The notes under the pieces are model-generated. The model saw nothing but the letters and a program-made list of their open reading frames with translations, was not told the DNA's origin and ran no database searches. The position numbers and the translations under genes were made by a program. A stretch of DNA of 63,015 nt, filler included, from Octopus bimaculoides (taxonomy: Eukaryota): the NCBI RefSeq assembly GCF_001194135.2. It is 8 parts of 7 records of this genome, joined end to end, with 100 filler letters (N's around TTAATTAATTAA, not from the genome) between each part and the next. Parts side by side here need not be neighbours in the genome. Positions count along the whole stretch, not along the records: positions 24,373 to 30,934 come from NC_068983.1; positions 31,035 to 35,198 come from NC_068988.1; positions 35,299 to 42,354 come from NC_068990.1; 5 more parts are not named here. The stretch is one strand, 5' to 3'. The stretch's first letter is position 1; the number at the start of each line of letters is the position of its first letter. This document shows, in pieces, positions 24,402-37,503 of this stretch.

Positions 24402-25337
24402 TAGGGGTTGGACAAAATAATGGAAACACCTTAAAATTTCAAACAAATTTATTTTAATATGGGGTGGGATTGCTTGAATTCTATGAGGTATAGACTCATA
24501 CAAAGTTTGAATTGTTTCCAAAGGAATTTTTGTCCATTCTTCAGCTAAAACAGTCTCCAGTTCTTGTAGTGATGATGGTGGAGGATATTGACTCCTTACT
24601 TGTTTTTCTAAAATGCACCATAAATGTTCAATAATATTGAGATCTGGGGACTGTGGTGGCCAGATAAGATGTTCAACTTCACTGAATGTTCCTCGTGCCA
24701 TTCAGTAACAAATTTAGCTGTGTGAATTGGTGCATTATCATCCTGAAAGATGGCATTTCCCCCAGAAACAGTTTCGCAACCAAAGGATGAATTTGATCAG
24801 ATAAAATGCTTAAATAGTTTTGACTATTAATTCTATCATGAAGGGAAACCATTGGGCTGGCGGATTTTCAATATATAGCCCCCCAAATCATCATAGATCC
24901 TCCTCCATGTTTAACAGTTGGAAGAAGGCAGTCTGGGTCAAATACGTCTTTTGGCTGTCTCCACACGTATACTCAGCCAGTGGTTAGAAATAAGGTAAAA
25001 GATGACTCGTCCAAGAAAATAACATTCTTCCACTGCTCTAGGGACCAATTCTGTATGTTTTTACTCCATTCTAAATGCTCTGCAATGGTTGTTTTTGTTA
25101 TGCTAGTGCCTGCCATACAAGCACCAACAATTTGACCTCTTTGAAAGTCCGATAGATCTGTCATTTTAATGAATTTTACTTACCTTTTTCTGATGATGTC
25201 TGAAAAGAAACAGCAATTTTAACAAAACATATTAAGCAACACTAATAATAAATCAAAAAACATAAAAATAAACAAGCTTTTGACGGTTTTATAGATATTT
25301 CAAAATTAGGTGTTTCCATTATTTTGTCCAACCCCTG
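24402..25337 (-). mobile_element. Tc1-family DNA transposon, DD36E (Incomer-like), internally deleted
   Basis: 30-bp TIRs (t/c)aggggttggacaaaataatggaaacacct, TA flanks. MTDLSDFQRGQIVGA...IFLDESSFTLF...FQDDNAPIH...WPPQSPDLNIIE with one frameshift. Confidence 0.92.
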
Positions 25338-25349
25338 TATATATATATA

Positions 25350-26530
25350 CAGGGTGTCCCAAAATCAAGGCAGCCAGTTTTTTTCAATTTTGCCAAAGCA
25401 AAATATTGCTAGATTTCAAGTCCAAGCATTGCAATTCAATGGTAAAGGAAACGCAATTATGACACTACCACATTTATTCGATGTTTCAAATTAGTGAAAT
25501 GTAGTGATGATGGTGTTACTGAATGGCGTGAGGAACATTCTAGTGAAGTTGAACATCTTATCTGGCCACCACAGTCCCCAGATCTCAATATTATTGAACA
25601 TTTACAGTGCATTTTAGAAAAACAAGTAAGGAGTCGATATCCTCCACCATCATCACTACATCATCTGTTTCAAATTACAGCCTTAAGTCTAGGCGTGAAT
25701 GCTTCACATGTAGCAGGCAGCTGTTCTTGCAGAATCAAAGCTCATTCCTGATGCAGTCTTGCCTTCATAGTGTCAAGCAAGCATGAGAAGTACTTGAGAT
25801 CCTCATCTCCAAAATGAACCAAACAGAAAAATCCAACAGGTTGAGATCAAGGTTCTTGAGGACCATACATCCTTGCCTATGAATGACAGGATGTTTTTCC
25901 GAATCCAGTGTTGTGTCTGTTTGGAACTGTGGGATGGTGCCAAGTCCTGTTGGAGGCTCCAAGGTGTGCCTTGAAAGTGCTCATTCACCCATGGAAACAG
26001 TTCAGCTTCCAGAATATTGCTAATGTATCACTGGGCACAAAAATGTGCACCCAAGGGCACAAAAATGAGAGAGACCTTCCAGTGGCTGTCACAGCTGCCC
26101 AAACCATAACTGACTGTAGATTTTGATGTTGATTTACATGTCTACCCATTACGAAGCCAGATATACTCCAAAGTTGGTCATTCTGGTGGTCCACTGTCTG
26201 GTTCATCAATGAACATCAGTTTGGGCAGCGCACTTTCAGGAATCTGAAGCAGGATAAGATGACTTCTCTCCAATCTCATGGGCTTATAAACTTATGTGAG
26301 CTCATGATGGTGGGTCATCTTGTAGGAGTGGGCCGTGAGATCCTCCTTCAGCACTCGATACATTGATGTTTGGCTTATTTTTGCTGTGGCAGCCAGTTTT
26401 CTGATGGAGCAACAAGGATTTTGCCATATCCTTTCTCTGGTATTTTTGATAAGCTGAGGGATCCACACACTTATTTTTTGGCCACATCCAAGTCAATCAA
26501 TGGTAGAACCAGTCTCTTAAAATTTTTAAA
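25350..26530 (-). mobile_element. maT/DD37D-like Tc1/mariner element, decayed; only one TIR seen
   Basis: TA-CAGGGTGTCCC end; SVMVWAAV, QQDLAPSH...DVW and DLNLLDFSVW give about 37 residues between the catalytic Ds once the frameshift is repaired. Confidence 0.75.
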
Positions 26531-26781
26531 TCATCTGAGAGCGTAATAGGTGCTTTAACGTGCCATTTGCATGACACTAGGGTGCCAATTTGCATGACAC
26601 CAGTATCTTCCATTACTGCGATTTTGCTCAACATGATGAGTCTTCTTCTCAAGCACAACATAATGCCAAAGGTCTGTCATGTTGGGCCTCTGTGAGGCCT
26701 GAAACACAAAAGGAATTCAGCCATATATGTATGATGTATATGTATATATATGCATATGTATATAATATCATATGTTATATG

Positions 26782-26814
<33 letters not shown>

Positions 26815-27078
26815 NNNNNNNNNNNNNNNNNNNNNNNNNNNNNNNNNNNNNNNNNNNNNNNNNNNNNNNNNNNNNNNNNNNNNNNNNNNNNNNNNNNNNN
26901 NNNNNNNNNNNNNNNNNNNNNNNNNNNNNNNNNNNNNNNNNNNNNNNNNNNNNNNNNNNNNNNNNNNNNNNNNNNNNNNNNNNNNNNNNNNNNNNNNNNN
27001 NNNNNNNNNNNNNNNNNNNNNNNNNNNNNNNNNNNNNNNNNNNNNNNNNNNNNNNNNNNNNNNNNNNNNNNNNNNNNN

Positions 27079-27232
27079 TCTGAGTGGTTGGCGTTAGGAA
27101 GGGCATCCAGCTGTAGAAACTCTGCCAAATTTAGATTGGAGCCTGGTGTTGCCATCCGGTTTCATCAGTCCTCAGTCAAGTCGTCCAACCCATGCTAGCA
27201 TGGAAAGCGGACGTTAAACGATGATGATGATG
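27079..27232 (+). mobile_element. SINE/LINE 3' end family C (RTE-type tail ending in (GAT)n)
   Basis: gagtggttggcgttaggaagggcatccagctgtagaaac...ggacgttaaacgatgatgat. Other copies near 42945-43150, 44125-44270, 45459-45745, 46080-46412, 47580-47750 and 48200-48340. Confidence 0.8.
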
Positions 27233-27243
27233 ATATATATATA

Positions 27244-27485
27244 TATCTGTAAAAATATGTGACACTTATTCAGTAGCCATGATAAAACTCCGAGTTTCTG
27301 ATGCCCGGGCGGTGTTCCGTTCCGGTCATCTCTTCAGTTATCCAACTACCCTATAACGGTTTTTTAAATAGAATCTCCGGTAGTTGGATAACTGAAGAGA
27401 TGACCGGAATGGAACACCGCCTGGGCATCGGAAACTCAGAGTTTTATCATGGCTACTGAATAAGTGTCACATATTTTTACAGATA
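27244..27485. mobile_element. Palindromic MITE-like element (107-bp arms, 28-bp spacer)
   Basis: 27244-27350 is the reverse complement of 27379-27485 with four mismatches. Confidence 0.85.
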
Positions 27486-27542
27486 CATTCCTCTATTTGC
27501 ATAATATCGAGGTCTCTTTCTTTCTTTTGCTGCCACTCCTGC

Positions 27543-27581
<39 letters not shown>

Positions 27582-28205
27582 GTATATCTATACACATAAA
27601 TTTGACATGGGCGATCCTTTCTTGTCTTGCGATCCACAGTCAAACGGCTGGGTGGAATTGCGTGAAAAATTACACAGATGTGTAGAATGATCTGGTGGCG
27701 TTGCTGGGCTTTGTATATTTTTCATACCTCCCATAGCTACCAAGATAATCTACTATAATTATACTCTTGTGTTTATGAATGAGAAAAGAAGGGGTGATAG
27801 ATGAATAAGGAAGGAAGGGGTAAAGTCATACTTGGTAGTGGGATGATGAAAATTGTACGCTGAAAAAAATAAATCAAACAGCGTTTCATTCAACTCTGTG
27901 TGAATATGTGTGTGTATGTGTGTGCATGTGCACGTGCAATGGAAGTGGGATGGTTCATCTTTGTTCACTTAGTATTTGGGTTTATTTTTTGATTTGGTTG
28001 AATCCTGGTTTTTTTTTTTTTGTTGATCAGTTATTTTTGGCGTTTTGACAGAAAAAAGTCATTCTAAAATTTTTTTATAATGTAAGCATGCCCAAACAAG
28101 TCAAATGCTTACACAGAGCAGGTTTTATAGCCACATTATCCAAACCGACCAAGTGAAACAGGGCTTAGCTGCTAGTATATATATATATATATATANNNNN
28201 NNNNN

Positions 28206-28242
<37 letters not shown>

Positions 28243-28450
28243 TGTGTGTTTGTGTTTCTGTGTTTGTCCTCTCCAACATCGCTTAACAACCGATGCTGAT
28301 GCGTTTGGTCCCTGAGACTGATAGAATAATTACTAGGCTTACAAAGAATAAGTCCTGGGGTCAATTTACTCGACTCTAGGCAGTGCTCCAGTATGGCAGC
28401 AGTCAAAATGACTGAAACAAGTAAAAGAATAAAGGAATATGTATATAATA

Positions 28451-28491
<41 letters not shown>

Positions 28492-28634
28492 CATATATAC
28501 ATATGTACATATATATACATATGTACATATATATATACATACTTACATATATATATATATACATACTTACATATATATATATATACATACATACATACAC
28601 ATGTATATATACATATATATACATACATACATAT

Positions 28635-28677
<43 letters not shown>

Positions 28678-29609
28678 TATATATCGCTGTGTGTGCACGT
28701 GTCTACCTACCAACATACATACAAGCATGCATACATACATACATACATGAATACACACACATATATATGGTGGGCTTTTTTCAGTTCCTGTCTATCATAT
28801 CTACTCACATGGGTTTGTTTGGCCCTGGGCTATAGTAGAAGACACTCAAGGTGCCTATCCCTATCTGTGCATGTGTGTGTGTGTGTGTGTGTGTGTGTAT
28901 TTCATCTAACTCTGAAATATATTGTGATCTTTAACAGTATACATTTATAGAGGGATTTTTTCTGGACACAAAGCTGCAGCTCAGTGATTTTCAATGATAT
29001 ACATACATTAAGTACATTAGATTGATAAAGATATTACTATAGAGCCGCTTCTATTGCATAGTTTGAATTTTGTTCTGCTTGTATGGTGTCTTTGTAAACC
29101 ATCGTATATCATATAAACTCTCTCTATATACTTCAGACTGGCTGATTTCATATCATTTCAGAAGTGATACAAGTATGTGACATTATTAAACAAAACAAAA
29201 AAAAAAAAAGCAAAATATATATCTGTTGCTCTTGCAGTCTCTTCTGGAGCGGTTTTGTTTTGCTTAGCTCTAAAGTATATTGTGAATTTTTAAGGCAATT
29301 AATCTATAAAGGGATTTTTCCCAGATGAAACCCACCACAACTTCTGGCTTTTCAACAATGCACATATGATATGTTATTCTGTTGTCTGTAAAAAAAAGTC
29401 CGTTTTTTTGTGCTTTTTTTTATGTTCCCGTTCCTTTTTTGTCCACGTTTTTTGTCGTCCTGTACCCGGATATGCATCTATATATACATGTAGATGTAGG
29501 TATGTACATATATGTATGTATACATGCATATGCTCACATATTCTTTGTGTTATTATATATATATACATATATAAATATAGATAGATATAAAAGACAGGAT
29601 TCTTCTAGT

Positions 29610-29750
29610 TTCCATCTAACAAATCCACTCACAGGTGTTTGGCTGGCTTTGAGCTACAGTACAAGATACTTGCTCAAGGTGCCAGACAGGGGAACTGAAC
29701 CCAGAACTGCGTAGTAAGGAAGCTAACTTCTTACCAGATGGCCACACCCA
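29610..29750 (-). mobile_element. SINE family B, diverged
   Basis: agtttccatctaacaaatccactcaca...caaggtgcc...gggaactgaaccc. Confidence 0.7.
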
Positions 29751-30525
29751 TATATATATATATATTAGATGTACCTGCCATGACCTGTTGGGCAGCGGTT
29801 CAGTTTCTGGTTGTTTTTTGCTCTTTGCCTTATGTAGTCATACGATAACTTCGTTTTACAGTTGTTTACAATATATAAAAACCATAAAATTCATGTGTGG
29901 AGGGAGGTTTGTATTTTTTATAGCCATTGATCGATCAATCCTGTTCACATGTTTTGGGGAATTTTTTGCTGTTGTTCAAGGGCGAAAAAAGAAAAATACA
30001 AAAAGTATTAAATGGCAATTGATGTCGCTGAAGTGGTACAAAACAAAGAGTAAACAAGGAGGGAATAAAAAAATAGTGTCAAATGAACAATTTACTAATT
30101 AACAAATTCAGTCAATAACAAAATAATCGTGGGAAAGTTTAAAAAAATAATAAAATCTAAAAAAAGCATAAGGCTGTTTTTCTCATTTGTCGAAATGTAA
30201 ATGGCTGCCGTCATACTTCCTTCGCACTCACCTTTCTCTCTCTCACACTCTCCTTCTCCCTCCATCTCTCTCCCTCTCTCTTTCTCTCTCTCTTTTTCTT
30301 CTTTCTTTCTTTCTCTCTGTCTCTTTTGCTTTTTTTTTCTCTGTATATTTTAATCAAAAACACCGAGTAAAAGATATTTGCTTCGCAATCATGAGATTTT
30401 CGCCACAACTCTTGTGAAGGAAAGTGAGTCGACAGAAACAGTGGAAACGTGTTAGTTAGATCGTACTTGTATTTCAAAGAACCAGATATGGTGTCACGCT
30501 GAGAATTACAGATAAAAGTATCTTA

Positions 30526-30680
30526 GGCACAGGAGTGACTGTGTGGTAAGTAGCTTGCTTACCAACCACATGGTTCCGGGTTCAGTCCCACTGCGTAGTA
30601 TCTTGGGCAAGTGTCTTCTTGGGCCAACCAAAGCCTTGTGAATGGATTGGTAGATGGAAACTGTAAGAAACCCATCGTAT
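30526..30680 (+). mobile_element. SINE family B
   Basis: ggcacaggagtgactgtgtggtaagtagc...ggttcagtccc...ggaaactgtaagaaacccatcg. Confidence 0.85.
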
Positions 30681-30934
30681 ATGTGTATATATATACATAT
30701 ATATATATATGCATATATATATATATGCACATGAAAGAGACGTAACCCCCCACCTCCCCGCCTCATTTAAAAAATTCTTTTTTTTACGGAAACCCACGTT
30801 TTTGGTTATGGAGATTCCGATTCTGAAAACAAATTGGCAAAAATCGCAATTTCAATTTCTTTTCCGCCCCCACCCCCTTCCTCCATTCCTTCATTTATCA
30901 CTTTTTTTTCAGAAATTTTTTTGGGCGAAATACA

Positions 30935-31034
30935 NNNNNNNNNNNNNNNNNNNNNNNNNNNNNNNNNNNNNNNNNNNNTTAATTAATTAANNNNNNNNNN
31001 NNNNNNNNNNNNNNNNNNNNNNNNNNNNNNNNNN
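30935..31034. other. Artificial assembly spacer
   Basis: N44-TTAATTAATTAA-N44, core at 30979-30990. Confidence 0.95.
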
Positions 31035-34000
31035 TATATATATATATATATATGCGTGTGTTGTGTTAATGCTGGAGAATGTTTAGAAATGACAAACGAG
31101 AATATATTCTTAAATTATACTCTACATACATATCTGCACATATACATAGGTACATATTTCTACCATGTATACCTGCATATATATATATTGTATATAAGTA
31201 TATATGCATACATATATTTATTTATGTGTTCATGTATACATTTATATGTGTATGTATGTATGTACATGTATATGCAAAGTTTGAATTGTGTCGAACGGAG
31301 GAGAGAGGTGCGTTCAATACATTTGTTAAGTGTAAGATTTTTAATTAAAAATGCAGTTTCACCAAACCTTATTTACGTGTGTGTATGCACGCGCGTATGC
31401 GTGCGTGTCCGTGGGCATGTGATTGTGTGTTTGTATACAATTTTGTCATTGTTCCTTATCTTTTTTCTCTCTTTTGTATGTGTTCATCGCCTTGCATCGC
31501 TGCCACCACATTGCAGAATTTGTGTACTTTAGTATTTTAGCACTGGCTCTTTTTCTTCGTGAATAGATGGAAACTTTGTTAGTTTGACTTTACTTACTCA
31601 GTCTCTCTATAAAGGTGTCTTTATCTTCATCATTCTTAAGTAACCTATTTTTTGGTCTAAGTTTTCAGCATTGGAGCATAATCGTTGCAGCTGTATCTTC
31701 TGGAATTCCTTAACCACTCCGTCCTGGTGAGCGTGCAACTCACTCTACTTTATAATTCCTTTTAAACTTGGACTCATGAGGATGCACGTGTTTGTACCAT
31801 TGCTAAGAACACGAGTAACGAAAACATTCTATAAGACATGTAAAATGTGTGCATATCAGTTCATATGATAGTAATTCTAAAGAACCTGGACAATATATTG
31901 CAGAATTTACTTGATTGATATATTGGGGCAGAGTAGCAGTAATATTTTAACACAGAATTCATTATTCCGTGCCATTTTCGCATAAGAATATAAAAACTGA
32001 TAAAATCTGAGATTGCTTAAATCATCCTTCGCTTTGGATTAAATTTTAAATCGTCAAACTCTTCAAAAATGAGAGTCAATTCTTTTGGAGATCAGCGGTT
32101 TCTTCCATTTGCCAAAACTTGTTACGATTTAGAGAAGGAAGATTTAGTGCTGGCAATGACGATGCCACGAATTTGCTACCATAATTGTAGTTATCATAAT
32201 GGTTAAGACAAGAAACATTGATGTCCTGAAAATACCTCAACTTGCAGCATTAACTAACACAGGTGACTGTATAAAAAATGTGTTTAACTCTACTGAATTG
32301 AATGGTTAGGCTGTTGCAGTTACTTGCAGGAAATTATCAGCAATGCAACTCAGTAAATACATTGTAACATAATGTTGAAAGGTTTTGATCACAGGCTCCC
32401 GCTAAATCAGGGCTCACCTGAGTTTAATAACAACAACCACACAACAACATCTAGGATAGTTTTATCAAAGATATTTCTTCTAACTGGGATCTACAATTTA
32501 CTTTGACATACGTTTCCAATACTCAATTCTTGTAATTTCATTTGTTAAGCTTTGTGAAAGACAGTTTTCAGATTTTAATTTGTTCATTCAACATAACTTG
32601 GGTGTGTTGTTGAGAACGCCGTACACTGCGGTGTTAGTTAGAAACTTCTTCTGTTGCTAATTGCTAATTTATACAGAACCCATAAATTTATTTGATATTA
32701 CTGACTGTTTAGTCAGTATTAATCTGTATCGGTTTTAACGAAATTTCGATCTGGTATTGGGATCTTGGGTGTATATTGCTCATGAGGTACAATTCACGCT
32801 GAAATCATGTGATACAAGATTCTGATGTGACACCACCGGTGCTGACGAAATCTCCTCAACCACTATAATCTGCACTTTTGTAGGACCTAACACCTAAACG
32901 AGATGAATGCTCTGGACGATTACCACAGTCAATGAAGTTCTTAGTTACGCATCCACGTTAATTTGAATGTGAAAATTGATATTCTTTAGAAAGGCTACTT
33001 CTGTCGCTGATAGCCACTTTTCAGGTGTTCGTTATTAATTAATTGCCTCTGTGGTAAAATCTTTAGTTGTTAATTAGCTCTTTTGTTCAAGGGGACATCC
33101 ATGTCCGAGGGGACTCAAACCCCAAGCCACTTCGTCTGTATTTCAAACATATCTCTTATCACTTGTTTCATTCGCTGAACTGTGCCCATGCTTGAGCACC
33201 ACTACGAAGGGTTTAGTGGAACAGATGGAGACGAATGCTTATTTTTTAAAGTTTTCTATCGGTTTCTTTTGCCGAACTACTATTTTACCGGTCCTACACA
33301 AACTAAAAGGAATTGTGAAGTGGAGAAGGACGTTAGCGAACACAAACACATATACACAAGTATATGTACTTGTATATATGTATGTATAGATATATAAGAC
33401 GAGCTTCGGCTCGGATTCCGTATGCCATGACAATGCGTTGATAGGCCTGGAGTCTATAGTACTATATACTATATACTATAGTAACAAAAAAACTTGCTTA
33501 AGGTACTGCGCAATGGAACTGAATCAGGAAACGAGAGATTACAAAGCGAGCTTCTGAATCACACAACCAAAACAGCGTCTATCTTTGAACGCATTATCAC
33601 GGGTCGATCGATACTTTAGATGGGAGAATGTGATTTGAGAGAGATTTGGCTGTTATCTTTAGCAGATTTAGTGACTCAATAGAATTTCCTTCACTAAGGA
33701 ATTAATAAGTGTCAAGCTACAAAACCATTCCATTCATAATCCCGTCACAATGTATCTAGGAAGGCATTATCCAAAGATGTCTTTCCGTAATATTTAGGAC
33801 GTTAAAATGTTATTTGAGAAAGAATTAGCTGCTTCTTTTATTAGATCAAACGGCTACTTGCAATTTTCTATGCTGGTCACGAAAACAATAAGTAGTTTAG
33901 TCGAAAGATAATTGGAGTTCAGAACTCAGAAAAACAGACACAAATACAGTTTCAAATTTTTAACAGCTACTTCAAATTACACACATGTTTAATTTTAAAA

Positions 34001-34304
34001 GTCTTTGTGTTTGTGAAATATCATTTTATTTCTTCTAAGAAGAAATGTTTCTCTAACTAATGCTACTTCACATAGACATAAATGTCAAGATGAGAAAATA
34101 AGTTATATCAAAGGTAGTTAGACTACTTCGTTCAGTCACACGTTTATATTTTTTTCTCTCTAAAGAATAAAATTACTATAAAGTATCAACACTACAGATA
34201 GCTACTCCTCTTTCAGCTGCCAAAACTCCAAATAATGTGCTTTTTGTCTGACGTCTAAAGACATTTTTATCAGAATTCTGCTTTTGGTGGTAAAACTTGC
34301 AATG

Positions 34305-34326
34305 AATAATAATAATAATAATAATG

Positions 34327-34409
<83 letters not shown>
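34305..34409. repeat. (AAT)n microsatellite
   Basis: Seen directly. Confidence 0.95.
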
Positions 34410-35121
34410 CGTAGACAATCTGAAAGCATACATAAAAACTCTCAGGCTGAAGTAGTGAGTGACATGTTAGAGCAGACTGGATAAGCTGGACATGTTACAA
34501 CTGCGGGCTATATTATACAGTTTTGAACAGAAATTAATTATGGAAAAGGACAAACGTTGGCAGTATCTGCAGAAGGTACAGGAAAAATACAGAAAATAAA
34601 AGAAAGAATTATAATTGCCTGACCAAGCTACCGGGTATAAATATTTATTCTTTTAGATGAGAAAAAAATACGGGAATGTTTTCTTGCGAACTCACAAATG
34701 GAAACGAAACTTCTGAGTCAACACAATTCTCGCGGAGGTCATGCACTCCTGCGTAATATGAATTGAATATGAGGAGCTGGATGTAGGTGAGGAATGTTCA
34801 TGTTGTTAACTGTAATGTTATAACGTTGTATTAAGATGCAAGAAAGACAAAATATCTTGCATGAAATATAAGAAAGTATTAATAAAACGTATAGCATTGA
34901 ATATTATACATTATCAAAATAAATTTGAGATCATGCATGATACATATGTAAAACAAATTTACAGTGATTAGTGATGTCCTATATTTTAGAACGAAATATG
35001 ACTTCCGTTAAATAAAAAAAAAAGAAGTTTTCCATCAGCCAATATATTGGAGATTGCTTGAAAGAAAAAATACAAAAAATTTAGGAAGCGTATATATACA
35101 TGTGTGTGTCTACATATGTAG

Positions 35122-35157
<36 letters not shown>

Positions 35158-35198
35158 GCACATACATATCTATGTGTGTGTATGTATATATATACATA

Positions 35199-35298
35199 NN
35201 NNNNNNNNNNNNNNNNNNNNNNNNNNNNNNNNNNNNNNNNNNTTAATTAATTAANNNNNNNNNNNNNNNNNNNNNNNNNNNNNNNNNNNNNNNNNNNN
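35199..35298. other. Artificial assembly spacer
   Basis: N44-TTAATTAATTAA-N44, core at 35243-35254. Confidence 0.95.
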
Positions 35299-35423
35299 TG
35301 TGTGCATGGGACACGGTGAATATATAATATTATGCACATATTTTTAATCTTATGGAATTTTATATGCGTACATAAACATTTCTTTATATGTCCATATACA
35401 CATGTACGCTCTGATTCATATCA

Positions 35424-35474
<51 letters not shown>

Positions 35475-35516
35475 CATCCATCCATCCATTTATCTACCTA
35501 TCTATCTACTTACCTG

Positions 35517-35569
<53 letters not shown>

Positions 35570-35621
35570 TTATCTATCGCTGTCTCTNNNNNNNNNNTCT
35601 GTCTCTGTCTATCTATCTATC

Positions 35622-35652
<31 letters not shown>

Positions 35653-36495
35653 TTCGCTGCGCATGTATATGTGCGCATGTATATTGTCTCCAGCTTACAA
35701 AAAGAGTGATTCCTGTTCCTTTGTATGTATTGACATGTATGTCTATCAATCTCAGTCTCCCAAATTTTCTTTCTATTCGATATATTCTTTATGCTTATAT
35801 GTTTATATAAATGAATACAAATATACACATATACATAAATGTATAGAAACATACTTAATATGCAAACGTATATTTTGCATACATACAATACAACCACATG
35901 CAAACACACAATAACAACAAACCCACACACATTCAAGCATACATGCACATGCACATACACACACACACACAAATGTGCACACTACAATTTCATAAAGTAC
36001 ATACATAACAATTTTTTATCTGTCTAATTTTTGTTTCTATGCAGTCATCTTCTCTCTCTCTCTTTCTCTCTAACACAGACATACCTTTCCTCTCTCTTTT
36101 TTTGTTTTTTTTGATAATTTGAAGTGTAAGGTATACTTTTTTCTAATAAACATACAATTTAGATAAAGTACATGTATCAATTTTGTTTTCTCTAAGTATG
36201 TTTTAACTATATGTAGTTTTCAATTCCTTCTCTGTCTCTCTCGTTTTGTCCCCCCCCCACTACATATCTATACAGACATACATGTACAGGTTATAAGATT
36301 ATATGTGTCTAGCTATACACCACTAATTATATATATGTATATATATATATATACACATACTAATGCACGTGCGCATGTACCTAAGTCTGGGTGTATGTTT
36401 CCTATGTATGCGCCTGTTTCTGTGTATGTGTATGCATATAAATTTATGTGCATATTCACATACACACGTTTATATATACATACATTTATACATAC

Positions 36496-36538
<43 letters not shown>

Positions 36539-37472
36539 GTATAAAAATGTATATACATATATTTATGTATGTGTGACTATATATGCATATATATACATAA
36601 GTGTATGCATGTATGTATAGAACTATACGTATATATTTATGTATCTCTATATTTGTATGTATATATATATATATATAAATATACACATACATATATACAC
36701 ATATATATACATATATATTTGCACACACACACAAATATAAAATATATGTATGTATGTATGTATGTGTATATATNNNNNNNNNNNNNNNNNNNNNNNNNNN
36801 NNNNNNNNNNNNNNNNNNNNNNNNNNNNNNNNNNNNNNNNNNNNNNNNNNNNNNNNNNNNNNNNNNNNNNNNNNNNNNNNNNNNNNNNNNNNNNNNNNNN
36901 NNNNNNNNNNNNNNNNNNNNNNNNNNNNNNNNNNNNNNNNNNNNNNNNNNNNNNNNNNNNNNNNNNNNNNNNNNNNNNNNNNNNNNNNNNNNNNNNNNNN
37001 NNNNNNNNNNNNNNNNNNNNNNNNNTATATATATATATATATATGTATGTATATATGCACACACATGCATACACCCGCCCGATATATGCAGTTCTTTAAG
37101 TACATATGTATGTGTAACCTAATAAAGCATCTGCACTAGCTGTAGTGTTAAATGATGAATGCAGTAAGAGAGATAAGAACTAAGCAAACACCATTGACCT
37201 GTTACTGATCTACATATCACCTCTTGGTTTATTTCTGTCAAATATTTACCATTCTACAATCAATAGAACAACTAAAACAGTAGCCAAAATATATGTCAGA
37301 CAATCAGGTTTAATATTCCCTTGTTTGTTTGTCTGAACGTCTGTCTCTCTCTTTTCTGTTTGTCTATTTGTCTGTCTGTGTATTTGCGTGCCTGTCTACA
37401 TGTTTTATTTGTGTGTGTGTGTGTGTGAGTGGGTATATTTATGTTTATGTTAGTGTTTGAGAATTTTTGTAT

Positions 37473-37503
<31 letters not shown>

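Noticed and set aside
31560-33000. Non-microsatellite stretch that might hide exons; 53400-54900 is similar
   Set aside because: Only short LINE-like peptide hints with many stops; I could not support a gene or a specific family.
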